Shown piece after piece: positions 1-12,969 of a stretch of 64,000 nucleotides of DNA. Within the stretch, counting starts at the first letter, position 1; each line of letters begins with the position of its first letter. The notes under the pieces are model-generated. The model saw only the letters and a list, made by a program, of their open reading frames with translations, ran no database searches and had not been told where the DNA came from. The translations under genes were made by a program, and so were the position numbers. Source of the stretch: Vicugna vicugna (Eukaryota); the NCBI GenBank assembly GCA_013265495.1, contig MU058919.1, positions 1,488,001 to 1,552,000 of the forward strand, given 5' to 3'.

Positions 1-334
1 CCACGCTGTCAACCGTCTGACAGGCGCTGGGAGCTGGCTGAGGGGTCCGAGCCCTCCCAGCAGGTGCACACCCACCGCGGGGCCCAGGTAGCTTCAGCGC
101 TTCTCTCCCCCTCAGATCAGGTTGAACAAGTTCCCTCCAAAGGCCCGGCCTACGCACTGGGCCATTCCTGCTCCTCGCAGGGAAGCTGGCAGGAGGGAAG
201 GGGCACAGAGGTGAGGAGGGACCCATGTGTGTGCCTGCTCTGTGCCCCAGTGCCACCTCCCACCCCAGCGTGATTATCCCATAGCTGCAGCTTCCCCACT
301 CAGAACTGCCCTGCCTTAGATGATAAACAGACGG

Positions 335-600
335 GCCAATTTGTATCTCATTTTTTCCTTTAGTTTCAATTTTTTTTAAGATTATAAAAGCAATATGTAT
401 TACTGTAGGAAATTCAACAGAAAAGTATAAAAAAGAACCAAAAAGTCACTCAGAGCCTGACCACTGTTAATATTTGAGTGTTTCCTTTCATCCCTTTTTC
501 CACACGAAGATAAATGTTTTTGACACACACTGGACAGAACTGTCTAGTGTGGTACTAGCGGTTTTAGGTGTTGATTCTCTTCATTTAAGCCTGAGCGTTA
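335..600 (-). mobile_element. Old L1 (L1ME-like) 3' fragment
   Basis: AT-rich island (ataaaagcaatatgtattactgtaggaaattc...accactgttaatattt) resembling reversed L1ME 3' ends. Confidence 0.5.
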
Positions 601-1980
601 CAAGTCCTGTCTACACATGAGGAGGCTTTGGCGGCCCACAGACAGTGCTCGTGTCAGATGCAGGTGGCCCTCAGTGGCACTAGGCCCAGAGGCTCAAGGT
701 GCCAGCCTCCCTCTGCCACGGAGGAGACACCACGGGGCGAGCTGAGCCGGGGAGGGGCTGCTCTACCCAGGCTGCACCCTGACAACAGGGCCAGCACCAG
801 ACTGAGCCCAGCCAGGGACCTGGGTGGGGGCAGGTGAGGGACTCTGAGGGCTGCAGGTCCATCGGGGCCACTCTGTGTCCTCCCCACAGGTGGGCAGCAT
901 GTGGGAGCCTCCCCTGCAGTCATGGGGGACATGAGGCCTTGGACCCCTGGGCCTTGGAGCTGAAAGGCTGCTGGGGGAAGGGGTAGGGGCTCCTCTCACC
1001 ACCCCCAGCTTCAGCCATAGCAGCCTGGCTTCACCTGCTATGTGCACTAGACATCCAGAGGCCATTTTGTTTGAAAAAGAAAACTGCTAAATAGAAAACA
1101 AACAGGAAGAGTCTGGACTGAGCGCTCTGGAGTCTCATTCCCAGAGGGGCGTCCTCAGGACCATTAAGATCTCTAGGCAAAAACTCTGTGGTCAGATTAT
1201 GTGGGCCAACCTTGGGTTACAGAAATTAAGTAAGCCTCCCCAAGCCTGTCCTCGAGGCTGCAAAAGTCCTGGTCTCCTGAGCTTGGCTAGCGAGGGCTCC
1301 CTGACTTGGGGGCCAGGTGCAGGGTCCATGTGCCCCTGAGCCCAGTCTGGGCTGGGCTGTGAACACGGGCGTCCCCTCGGCCCGAGCAGCGCACACCTGA
1401 GCCATGCTGCCCTCCATAGGGCGTGGGGTCCCAGCCTGTGCCACCTGCTCAGCTACCCTGGGTGGGCAGGTGGCCCCGCGGGGCTCCAGGCCAGGCTCTC
1501 TGTAACAGCACGACCTGGGGCAAACCGCTGGGTGCCCTTGCCTCAGTGTTGCTGAGGGCTGAGCTGATGTCCTCACAAGGGCTTGGGAAAGGCAGGTTCC
1601 TCCACTGTTCCTGACTCAGAAGTCACACAGAGCGGGTGTCCCGGCTCTGCTGTCCTGGGGTCCCTGGCTCCTGGCTGGAGTGAGGAGCAGGGACCTCCAC
1701 CCGAAACACATGCTGACTGCCCTGGTGCTGGGGACCCCGTGATCACGGTTCTCCCATCACAGTCGCTCACAGCCTCCTGCATCTGAGCCTCCCGATAGCC
1801 CGTGCTCCCCATTTTCCCGACCCGACCCGACCCTGAGGCTCGGAGGGGACAGAGGGCCCAGGCCCTGCCCAGGCCAGCCCAGAGCCAACGGTCCCACAGG
1901 CGTGGGGGGGCCACCAATCTGCCACACTCAACAGAAACCACACAGCCGGCTCCCATTGGTTGGGTACTGAACCAGGAAGC

Positions 1981-1986
1981 TTTATT
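1981..1986 (-). terminator. FAM53B: Polyadenylation signal AATAAA
   Basis: Minus strand reads cttttactgTGTAAATAAAgcttcctggttcagt. Cleavage is expected ~15-25 nt downstream. Confidence 0.78.
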
Positions 1987-2115
1987 TACACAGTAAAAGT
2001 AACAAGCAAATTCCTGAGAGACTAGAGCGGCTCTAGTGCAAGACAGTCACGGCCTGCGCGGAGGACAGGCTGCGGTGGGCGGAGCGGGAGCGGAGGTGGG
2101 CGGAGCCGGGTGGAG

Positions 2116-2163
2116 GGGGCGGGGCCAGGTGGAGCGGGGCGGGGCCAGGTGGAGCGGGGCGGG
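2116..2163 (+). repeat. 20-nt tandem repeat GGGGCGGGGCCAGGTGGAGC x2.4
   Basis: Exact copies at 2116-2135 and 2136-2155, partial copy at 2156-2163. Confidence 0.95.
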
Positions 2164-5100
2164 ACTGCCCAGTGCGGCCAGTCCTGGCCCCCACCCTTCC
2201 TCAAGCTCCACGAAGCCAACCAGGTACAGCTGGGAAAGCACACAGGGCCCGGGGCAGCCGGCTCCCTGCCACCGCGCCCCCAGGACGTCGCCCCCAACAC
2301 TGAAACACAATTTATCTGCCGAAGAGACTACGCTAGGAGGGCAGACTATCCTACCTAGGCTACAAGAGCTCCGCTGCGGTCTGAGTTTTGTGTTTTTTTT
2401 AAATCTTTTTCTTTTCTTTTCTCTTTAAAGAAGCATGTTTTCTCTGGCGCCAGTGGGAGGGATCTGACCAACTGTGTGGCTGTGGCAAGGTGTGGCACCG
2501 CTGTCTACACGGAGGCCCTGCCAGGCCGGGCTGCGCCCCAGCGCTAGGGGGACTCCTCGCGCCCCAGGCCGCAGAGCCCGAAGCGGTCATCGTTCAGGTG
2601 ACCGGCCCCGAGGCTGGGGCGCACACGACTGGAGGCCAGCTGGCTGGGCCCAGGGCAGGGCACCCAGGGTGCGGCGTGCTGAGGGCTCAGGCAGCGCCCG
2701 CCGGAGGCGGAGACGCCCAAACCACCCCTGCACTGGAGACCCATCCAGACACTGGGCTTGTTTTTCTAACGGGGACTTCTTTAACTTTTCTTTCGGTGTA
2801 CAAATTCACAAAACTTTCCTATTACAAAAATTTTGTTGAAAAGTAAGGCTTTCTGAGAATGAAGATCCGTACATATGATCAGAAAAGCTGTCCTGTGGCC
2901 TGGATGTTGTGTCTGCCTGTGGGCCACGCGCCGGGCCCAGCCCCCACCGCGAGTAAGGCAAGAGGGTTTGCGGTAATGTAAACGGCAAGGCTGCGGCCCT
3001 GATCCCGGTGCGGCCCCCACTGGCAGCAGCCTGTTAGGCCGGCGGCTTCAGCAGGTCCTCCCTCTGGAGTGAGCGGGGATGCTGCGTGACAGGGAGCTCC
3101 TCCCCACCCAGCTCTCCTGGAGCCACAACCCTGCTGTTGTCCTTCAGGGCCCCTGGGCAAGCAGACAGCCCGGCACAGCCCTCCCTCCTGGCTCTGAACT
3201 TCCTCAGTCTCCTCTCAGAGGCAGGAGTTCATGGGCATCAGCTGCGAGAGGCAGGGCTCCAGCTTAAGTGAGGCTCAGGGTCAGCCCACCAGCCTGCCTG
3301 CTGCCCCCTGGGACAGCCCCACAGGATCAGTGAGGGCCGCCCTCCAAGAGTTCCAAGACCAGAGGTCCTGGTGCCAGGGGAGCAGAGCCTAGCTGGGCCT
3401 CAGGCCGTGTGCAGCACTAGATGGGGTCTGCTCTCTTCAATCAAAAGACAGACATGAAGCCCCCTGAAGGGCACTCTTTCTGAGAAGGGACCGTGGGGCC
3501 AGGAATAGCCAAGAGAGGCCTGAGGAGGCTGGAAGGGGCCACACCCTGCCTTGGGCTGGGATCCTGTCTACCCTGGGGCTGGGTTTCTGGATCAATAGGA
3601 CCAGCCTGGCTGGAGGTGCCTGGCAAGGCCCCAGGGCGTCACCTGGACCACAGCCCTGTGACACACACCCACCACCATGTGCTTCCCCTCCTGGCCCTGA
3701 GCAAAGGCTGCTGGGAGCCATGGCCCAGGCCCATCCTGGCTCAGCCCCTGTCCCTCTCCATGGGTGAGGGAGATGGGACCCTGCCTCTCCTTCCACAGGA
3801 AGGATGCTATCCAGGGCGTGGTCCCTCTGTGGGCACTCTTGGTGTGGGCCACACCACTTTCTGAAGCCGAGAGGTACCAGCACGTGCTCTCTGAATTCAT
3901 ACGCTGCTGGACGCCACCCAACAGCTGCCCCAGCCTCCTCCAGCTCAGCTCTAAGGAGACACAGTCTCCATGACCCATCAGTGGGGATTGGGTGAGATGT
4001 CTTTATCCACCCAGAGCCTCCAGCTCCCTGGTTTGGCTCTCCAGGGGACATGCCTTTCCTAGGACCTGCCCAGCACCCCATACCCATTACACTCTATAAC
4101 CTGAGGCTGTCATCACAATCTCGGGGGGCCGTGGTGTTGGGGTTTTCTGCAAGCATCTAATGGCTGATTTTTAAGAAAAGCCAACTATAAATCAGAACTT
4201 GAGCCACCGCACTTCTGACGTAAAAAAGTGAAAGTTTAAGTGAAGTCTCCCAAATACGGGCTCTCTTCAGTGGAAAGTGGGACCCACGTGCACTCAACCT
4301 GCAGCAGTGAGGCATTTGCGGCCAGTGGGAGATGAGCAAGAGCAAAATGGCCCGGACCTTTGTCACGAGGCAGCCAACTCAAGAGAGTGCAGTTATATTT
4401 AGCCTCATGGGAGAAGGAGCCACTTGCTCATAAGCCGACCCAATTGCTATTGTCTGCGGAAGATGTCAAGTTGCTAAAAGCCGGATTCCAAGAGAGCAGA
4501 GCCCGTGTGGAGAGGAGCTGTCTGGGAGTGAAATCTCTGGGGCTGAGTCTGCTTGTTGATGCTGGGGGGTCTGCTGGGGTTCAAGGAGCCAGGTAGGGTG
4601 TGAGCCCTTAAAAGCCCCTGCTCCCCCAGCTGACCACTCCCCACCAATGAGAACATACCTGGAATCCTGCAGGGACCCCCAGAGCGGCCGGCAGACACCC
4701 TCCCAGAAACAAGTGCAGGGCCTGGGCTTGCGCACCTGCACAGACCTGCTTCCTGAGGATGTTTTCAAGAGATCACCCTTTAATGGGGACATCTCTCCAC
4801 TCACCCGAATCCACCAAGCTCATCGCTCAGTGACAGGTTAGTCACGGAGAATGGCTGCCAGCTGCCAACCCTGCTAAAGAAGCCCCCAGAGAGGCAGAGC
4901 ACCCCGGGGCCAGGCGTTCACACCACAGGAGGGGCTGGTGGGCCTGTCTTTTCAGCCAACAGATCACCAAATTTGTACCCAACTAGACAGCCTCTAACGA
5001 GCACCCCAAGTTGTTCCCTGAACCCTCGCCAGAGAGTCCAGATGTGGAGGCCACCCTGGTACCCCAGGGCCTCGGTCTTCCACACTCGGAATTAAGGCCA

Positions 5101-5479
5101 AATGGTTCTGATGTTACTATGGAAGGAAGCCTCTCCCGACCCTTCCCAAGCCTGAAGCAGGGAGACCTGGGAGAGAAGGCACGGAATACAACTGAGGGAA
5201 GAAGGAAGCTGCGGGGCCAACTCCCCAGCACTGAACCTGAGCAGGAGGCCAAGGAGGGCCATGACACCACTGGATGGACCTGAGCCCAGGAGGAAGCCCC
5301 GGCTGGGAGTGAGCACACGGAGCCGGCCAGCCCTGCTAGAAGCACACGGGACTCCCCAGCGGGGCCGGCTGGGATGCTTGTGCCCAGGTCCCACAAGAAA
5401 AGGGGGAAAGAGACTGAAACCAAGAAGCTTCTCTCGGCTACAGCAGTTCCGTGGACCGTGGCTGCCGTGCTGGTGAGAG

Positions 5480-6060
5480 GCTGAGGCGCCCCACTGCGTG
5501 GCCTGGCTGGGGGGCTGGCACTGGGCCAGGACGCCGCAGGCGGGACAGCGTTTTCGGGAGGCCATGGGCTCGCTCCCTGGCCCAGTGCCTTCCAGGAAGC
5601 TTTGATCGGGCCCAGGAGTGGGGCTCCCCTGCGAGGGCTCGCCATGTGCGCGGAGGGAGGCCTGCCGATTCTAACACACACCCCCAACCCGCCCCCGACC
5701 AGGGCCCGAGGCCCCTCAGTTGTTCTCTATCTGCTCAATGTCCAGCTCACCGTCCAGGGAGCAGGGGCTGTTCCGGGCGGCCCCGCGGTCCCGCCAGGCC
5801 GTGGCCGGCTCCCCCCGCCTGCCGCAGCCCTCGTCCAGGGCGCAGCCGCCTGACTCCTCACAGCACAGCTCCTCCCGGCAGGCGAGGTGGTCGTCCGAGG
5901 ACGGGGGCAGAGGCTCGGGGACTGGGGTCCCGGCGGGGGTCCTGCCCCCTGTGCCGGAGGCCGAGAGCAAGGTGGTCCAGGACCTGGTGCTGCTGGCGTG
6001 GAGGGCGAAGGGGCTGTGGGGGCCGCAGTCCTCCATCCCCGCGCTCAGGCAGCTGAGGCT
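5480..6060. promoter_or_regulatory. CpG-rich patch over the last coding exon and proximal 3'UTR
   Basis: High GC with many CpGs by eye; not computed. Confidence 0.5.
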
Positions 6061-6078
6061 GCTGAAGGTCTGACAGTT
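5716..6078 (-). CDS. FAM53B: FAM53B last coding exon (120 aa + stop)
   Basis: Acceptor tgtctcccccacag|AACTGT (AG at 6080-6079). Translates as NCQTFSSLSCLSAG...GRTPAGTPVPEPLPPS...SLDGELDIEQIENN*, the FAM53-family C-terminus. Phase 0 matches the donor at 55094. Confidence 0.97.
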   Translation of the reverse strand, partial: NCQTFSSLSCLSAGMEDCGPHSPFALHASSTRSWTTLLSASGTGGRTPAGTPVPEPLPPSSDDHLACREELCCEESGGCALDEGCGRRGEPATAWRDRGAARNSPCSLDGELDIEQIENN

Positions 6079-6254
6079 CTGTGGGGGAGACAGGCACACA
6101 GGTCACCAACAGTCACGCTCCCCTCCTGAAACCCACGGACTGTGCACCCCACCTTCCAGGCCAAGGCCTCTGGAACTATCCGCCAGTGGGACCACCAGGC
6201 AGTGGAAGACTGGCCTCCTCCACCATCGAGGCAAGGAAAAGGGGCTAATGGAAA

Positions 6255-6690
6255 CTCACTCACGAAGAAATACGCCTGGCCAACAAACACCATGTGAGTG
6301 CAGAAACGCAAGATGCAGTTACTCACTTATAAACTGGCAAACGGCACAAGGTGGGCAGCGCCCGGGTCTGGGGGCGCTGTGGGGGCGGGGTCAGGCTCAG
6401 GGCCCTTCACGCACAGCCTTGCTGAAAATGGGTCTGATTCCTTCATCAGGCAATTTCACTTCTAGGATTTTTATCAGAAGAAAACAATTTGGACACACGC
6501 AAAAATTCGGAGACATGAATGTTCCCTGCCACACCGTTAAATTGAAAGAACAGAGAGTGACCCAAATTCCCTGTGATAATGATCCCGTAAAGCATGTCTC
6601 TGCAGACGAGGGAAGACACTCTGGCCATTAAAGGAACACTGCAGGCGTGGGTTTGCTGACGCAAATGGAAACACTGCCAGGCTGCACGGC
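6255..6690 (+). mobile_element. Highly diverged L1M fragment
   Basis: caatttcacttctaggatttt and ggccattaaa, in the order expected for the L1 ORF2 end and 3'UTR. Confidence 0.55.
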
Positions 6691-9600
6691 TGCACAAAGG
6701 GGCATGGTGCCCGTGCCACCCTCTCCCCACAACAGCAAGAGGGACATGGGCCAGGAGGGCTGAGCCGACGTCCAATCTGGTGCACGTCACAGCCACCAGT
6801 GGGCTGGCCTCCATGCAAGTCCTGGGCTCCTGTGCCCTCAACAGGCCCGCAGGCAGCGGGACATGCAGCTCTGCTGGAGGAGAGGTCAGGCCCACAGCTG
6901 GGACCGCAGGCAGACCCCTCAGCCTCCCTAGGCCTCCACTGCCTCATCTTTAGCAGGCGAGTAGTGATGGTCCTGCCTGTTCCCCTTGGAGGCCCCAGTG
7001 AAGGAACATGGCTGGAAAGAGCTCCCCGCCCGCCAAGCACTGCCTTTGCGTGGGGCTGGCCTGGAGGAGGCGGCAGCCTGGGGCCTGTCCAAGCAGCAGG
7101 CGCAGCTTGAACATGACCCAAGGGTGCTTGAGGCCACCCACTCATAGTAGGGAGCAAGCCCAGCACTGTGCACAAGTGGGTTCAGTTAAAGGCCTGCATT
7201 CCTAGTGGAGCACAAAATTGGGACAGAGAACTGTGACGACCAGGGCGCCCACGGCCCAGCCCCACTGACCCCCGACAGGACCGGTAGCAATGCAGTCCCT
7301 TCTCTAGGACAAGACAGAAGAGATGCGCGGCAAAGCAAGCAGGGAGGAATCTGAGCTTTGGCTGCTTCCCCGGACAGGACTGGGGAGGGTGCTGGGGGTA
7401 CGGGGGAGCACCGCATGCCTGCCAATGCCAAGATCATAGGCCTGTCCCAAGGGCCCCGGGTCCTTTCACAGGCTGGAGTGTTTGTATGTCACTTTGAAAT
7501 AAAGATGACCACCAGCTGTCATGGCAAACAAGCTGCTGAAACAGGCTCAGCAAATGGAAAATAAAAGGCGCTCTCTCTGGAGGAAGGTGGCCATCCTGCA
7601 TGCACACACTCACTGTTCCTAACTGCACCAGGAGGAAACTGTTCTGATGGGTTTGCTTGTCTTGCAGTCTTTTGATTAGCAGAGAAAGGAAGGCTGGGGT
7701 ACTGGGGGAGCTCTGGGAAAAAGCGCTGGGATTGAGGAGAGAAGGGCTGGGCTACCAATTAGACCTGAGATGCTGGCCCAGGCCATGGTGGGAGCCCAAG
7801 CCTCAGCCTCACCAGACCAGGGACCCCTGTGGTGCCTCCCCCTGGGCTACCATGGGGCTCACTGAGGCCCCAGGCTGCACAGTGCACATTCCCTCCGCTG
7901 CCACAGCAGAGGGCTGGAGACAGCTCCTCATGCAAACCAGCCCCCAAGATCCTGGGTGATCCCAGGTCAGAACACAGACCTGATGCTGGGCGGGCAGAGG
8001 CCCCAGACGCCTGTGATGGGAGGGTCTCTGAGGCCACTTTGCCTCCCAGCCACTCCCCTGACTGACCTAGACCAGAGCCAGGGCAAAAGGAAAACTAGGT
8101 AGGGGCACAAGAAGGAGGGAAGATGGCCCAGCCCAGGCAAGGCGCCGACCCCCAGCCTCAGCAGACGAGGCCCCCGGAGGCAGAGCCCAGCCCCTGGCAG
8201 CTGGGCAGAGTTTCTTGCCCTTAGAAGCAGTGTTTGTAAGGATTTCTGCGAGTGCAGTGTGATTCCTGCTACAAATACTAACATCCAGGATAAACCCGAT
8301 GTGTGCAGGTGGCTCACAGGTGATGCCAAGATACTGACGTGCGCCGCCCTTGGGGGCTGGCCACAACGCTGAGCAGGTGTCCCCGTCTCCTGTGAGCTGT
8401 AACGTGAAAACGGGGGCAAGTGCTGGGGTCAACCCGAACAGAAAGTGCCCCCGAATCTGTGTTCACCTCCCGTCCTACCCAACCTCGTGCATTAACTAAG
8501 GCGCAGGGGGGTGGGGGCGCCTGACTTCATGGCAGATATGACAGGCGTGTGTGTCTGGGCACTGCTCATGTTAAACGTCGCTCACACCAGCAGCAGGGTG
8601 TGGGGAACCCAGTTTGCTGCAAACTTTCAGAGATGTCACTTTTGCCTCAAGTGTGCCCTGGAGAGGGCCGAGGCCAGACAGGCTGTTACAGGCCTGAGCT
8701 CTGCCACACCTGGGTGTGACAGCTTCAGACAAGACCCTCCAACCTGACGAATAAGAGGTGGGCCTAGGGCACCTGGGTCACCCCCACTCTGTCTGGAATA
8801 ACTGAGTCCCTTCTGCTTTGCAGCAGGGCAAGAAGCTGCCAGGTCTGGTTGGTGAATGTTGTCACAAGCCAATCCCAGGATGCCACTGAGCCCGACCCTC
8901 TGACAGTCCTCAAAGGCACCTGCTCCTGGGCTGTAAAGCTAGTGTCACCTTGAAAACTTTGTTGACTCTAAACTCAGCTGTTTCAGCCACAGTGAAAACC
9001 AAGACCCACCTGCTGAATGTCCCAACCGGTGGCACGCCTCACCTGCCAGGGAGGAATGTGATGGCCACAGTGGGGCAGTGTGTGTCCTGCCCAGGCGCCA
9101 TCCCCGGCGAGCCCATCCTGTGCCAACATCCAGGGCTGCCTTGTGCCCACCACGCCCTGGGGGCAGGGTCCCGCCCAGCCTCTCCTGGCAGCTCTCGCTC
9201 CCAGAAAGCCCAGCTCCCACAGAAGAATGCTGCACGGGCCTGTTGTAGGCCTGGAGGCCCGTGCGCCCTCAAAAATGTCTAGGGAAAGCGGCACAGCTGC
9301 TAACAAGTTCAAAGCACTATGTGAACACATCATTCCAGGGTGAAGTGTTTGCTCCGGGACACAGTCCCTCTACGCCAAATTCTTGTTCTCTTGAGGCCCA
9401 GCCCTGGCCTGGAGACGGGCCACCTACTTGGGCACAGGCCTGCCCAGGTAACAAAGCTCTGAGGAGACCATCCATGTGGGCTCAGGCTAGTGGCTGGAGA
9501 TACACTCAGCACCCCAGTCCTACAGTCTGGGGTGACTTTGGAACGGAGCCCCTGAAAGTCAAGTTGCTTCCATGAGACCTGCCAGACCTCAGGTCTAGCC

Positions 9601-11400
9601 AGCTAAGTCTCAGCCCACCCACCCCGTCTCTCCAGGGCTTCACAGCCAGGAGCAATGGCCCCTGCTTCTGTGTGGCCTTTATGAGCAGATATTTGCTATT
9701 ATACCCTCCTTCTGGGTGGAAGGCCCCTGGCTGGATCCTGGGGACTGAGACAGAGGTCCCTGCTTTTGGCGGAACTCTGTGCAGCCCCCACTGCAGACAG
9801 AAGCCCATCAGACCTGGGTGTTGAGAGCACCCAGAGGGCCTGGCCCTGTGCGCACACACTGTGACGAGGCCGGAGAGGACACAGCCCCTCACCAGCTGAC
9901 GGCACCTCTACCTTAGCTGCGAGCTGAAAACCAAATCGCCCCTCAGGAAACTCATGTTAACTCAACAGATTCAGCCCCACCTTTCTGCATAAGCTGACCA
10001 CCACCCTCCCACAAACCCTCTGGCCACAAGTTCTGTCCCCTCCCCAAGTGCCCGGGCTCCCTGTGCCAGCCTGGGGCAGCTCAGGGCCAAGCGCAAGGCT
10101 GTGGGGGTGCCCTTTCTCCTGGCTGTCTTACCCTAAGGAGGACAGGCTGGTTTCCTCATTCCTGTCTCCCTGGGCCCCTCCGGCCCCCAAAGCTGGGAAG
10201 ACCACGGGAGTGTGGTGCGTGTGGCCCCGGGGAGCAGCACAGGATGCAGGGTCTGGGGTCAGAGGGACTGGTCCAAAGTCTGGGCTCACTGACAGAGTCC
10301 CTTCACTTGGAAAACAGAACAGCTGTTGCTGGCCCGGCTGCCTCCCTCGGCTGATGCAAGGGTCCCACGAGAAAATGGATGAGAAGCAGGGGTCCTGGGG
10401 CCTCTCCACTGAAGCCCATTCCTGACCTGAGCTCTGGCTCTAACAAGTCCCCTGTCCCGTCCTCCTGGGGGCAGCCCGCCACCGGGAATGGCTGATATGG
10501 GTTCTGGAGCCGCCACAGGCCTCGGCAGGCATGGGGGTCAAATCCCAGGTGCTCCTCACACTGCGGGGCACCCCCTGGTTAGGCTGAGGGCTTCTTCCCT
10601 GTCCTGCTTCCCTCACTTCCTACAGGTTTCTCCCAAGAGCCTCCCCATCTCTGGGACCAGATCCCCGTCGGTGGTTCCGACCTAAGACGGGAGGCAAAAG
10701 CACTTTGTAACAACTGCCCATCACTACTGCTGCCCCTTGCAGAACGGGAACGCCAGGCCTAGTCAGAGGCTGACCATCAGGTCCCGCTGGTGTCCACCTG
10801 TCGGAACCAGACTGCCTTGTGTTTACTGGGAAGCAGTGGCTGCTGGGGACCTCTCCTTGGTCAGCCCATATCCTAAGCGTAGTGTTCAGATGACACTTCC
10901 TCTCAGCATCGTTCTGGGACAAAACACGTCTCCCCAAGGCACGTGTCTCAGACAAGAAGTATGACAGGGCCTCCCACTTCCCTCTTCCACGACTGTCTTT
11001 CAAGGCTGGCACATTTGCTTTTCCTTTTAAATCCAATTTTATGGCTCTATTTGTGTTCCAGATTTTTAGGGAACTACCCCAAATCCCTGTAGGAAGAGGG
11101 GCCTAAAGGAACCCACCCAGCCAGTCCAGATGATCAGACCAGGCCCCCGCCTGGCCCAGGCTTCTGGAGTCTTGCAGCCGCTCTGCTGGGAGCTGCTCGG
11201 CTTGGGGCTCTGGCTAAGCAGAGGCATTTCCTCCCCAAACACACGCTTTCACGAGAGCAGAATTCTCTAAGTATCAAGAAAACATCAGGCCATGAGAACG
11301 GCTAGCGGCCTGGAAATTTTCTAAGTCTCATTTATGCTGGAAGTTGGCACAGAGACAACCAAGATGGCAAGGCATGTGGTTTCCTTGGGGGTGGGTGGGG

Positions 11401-11432
11401 GTGTGTGTGTGCGTGTGCGTGTGTGTGTGTGT
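11401..11432 (+). repeat. (GT/GC)n microsatellite
   Basis: gtgtgtgtgtgcgtgtgcgtgtgtgtgtgtgt, preceded by G-runs and followed by a T-run. Confidence 0.95.
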
Positions 11433-12969
11433 TTTGTTTTTTTTTTAAACTATCTCAGAAAAGAGAAAGAGGCACCAGCATATTTGGGGCCTCTCTTTAA
11501 TCCATCTTTGGTAAATCTGAATTTTGTATGAAGGCTGGACTGTCTCTCAAAGGAGGCCCCAGGGCCCGAGGGGTCAGATGGTGGGTCGGCCTGGTGTCAG
11601 GCAGGTGCTGGAGGTGGTCGAGGGCAGTGGGCGAGGTCGCCCCGCACCGGGGCTGCTGCTCCAGCCCTGCTGAAGCTGGCCCCTCGCTCCAGGCATCTCA
11701 TCACCACGCCTGGGCAGCAGCCCAGCTCCACCTCCTGCTCACGCGGGCCAGTGTCGAGGCCCAGCCCGTTTCTGTGACCTGGTGACCTCTGGACCCCACA
11801 AGATGCAGCCCTTTCAGGCCTAGACCGCTTCCCTCCCCTTCAGGCCATACAGCCCAGACAGGGAAGCCGGGTGCTCAAGGCCTGAAAACAAAACGAAGCT
11901 GCCTTGAGGGAGCCTCTGGGGCCCAGCGAGCACCCCCGATTCAGCCCCTGGACACTTGGGGCTCTTCCCAGATCACAGGTTCTAGAACCAAACAGCTCAG
12001 GGAGGGCGGGAAATATCTGTGAGGTGGAAGGATGGCCCTGGAAGTTACTAGGAAGTCCCTGCCTTCCTGTGCCGTTTCCTCAGCTCACTCTTGCAGAGGC
12101 CACAGATGTTCCCAGAGCACCCGTCCCCCTGGCAGGCTCCCCCTTGTCCACTGAAACCCAGCTTTGCGTCGTTCCCCACAGAAGCCAGCCTGAGCCCACC
12201 GTGTGGGACCCCGCGGCCCTAACCCTGCACCCGGGGCCGGCGCACAGAAGGTGCTGGTGCAGCCCAGCGGGGTGGGAAGGAAGGACCGCCTGGGTAGCCC
12301 TGGTGGCTCACCTTGTGTGTCTGTGCGGCCCTGCAGTCCTGGGTGCTGTGGGTAAGAGCAGGCCGTGGTGGCCCAGAGCCCCCCACCCACCAGCGCCCCA
12401 CAGGCCACACTGTGGAGAACGCAGCTTCTGCACCAAAGCCCCCCCACCCCGTGGCAGGTGGCCTGTCTGAATGCAGAAGGTGTGGGAGCCGACACCAGGG
12501 GGCCTCTCGGCACTCTCACACTTGGAAAACAAACATTCTGTTTCTGCGGTGAGCATTCCGGCCAGCACACACTCAGGACAGGACTTGTGAAACCACCTCG
12601 CTCTCAGCTTGGCGTGAAGAGAATGCTTTGCCTGACAAAAGTCGAGGGACCTTTCCAAAGCACACAGGGCCTTGGCAGGGGGCCAAGGCCAGTGTGCTGC
12701 TGGGATGCACGAGGTGCCTGGGGGTGGCTTCGGCACCAGGACTGGGGGCACTGAAGGTGGGCCCGAGGTCCTGGAGGGGATGGTGGGCACTGGTTTTTGA
12801 CTGCCTGGAGCTGGATGCCCTAAGGGCCCCATCAGGGCACAAGGAGACGGGGCTGCAGAGCACTGGGGCCCTCTCGGCCCCATGCCAGCAGCTCTATATC
12901 TCTGTTCCAGATACTGGCTTCCAGAGAAAGGGAATGGTTTTTAAGAAATGTGCAAATTACCAACCAGCC

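Larger units (their letters stand above)
1960..5715 (-). other. FAM53B: FAM53B 3'UTR (~3.7 kb; 3' end approximate)
   Basis: Follows the stop codon; the first canonical AATAAA I found on the minus strand is at 1986-1981. AT-rich non-repeat blocks at ~2385-2440, ~2760-2885 and ~4155-4260 are typical of conserved UTR segments. Confidence 0.78.

Noticed and set aside
1-1950. Last exon of neighbouring LHPP (expected downstream from human synteny)
   Set aside because: No sequence encoding the LHPP C-terminus was recognised; it is probably outside the window.
3437-5687. Long minus ORFs in the 3'UTR (216, 234, 157 aa)
   Set aside because: Pro/Gly/Ala/Ser-rich composition expected at this GC content; no domains.
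5451-6129. Plus-strand ORFs (201, 117, 83, 80 aa) over the last exon
   Set aside because: Antisense shadows of a GC-rich coding exon; no recognisable homology.
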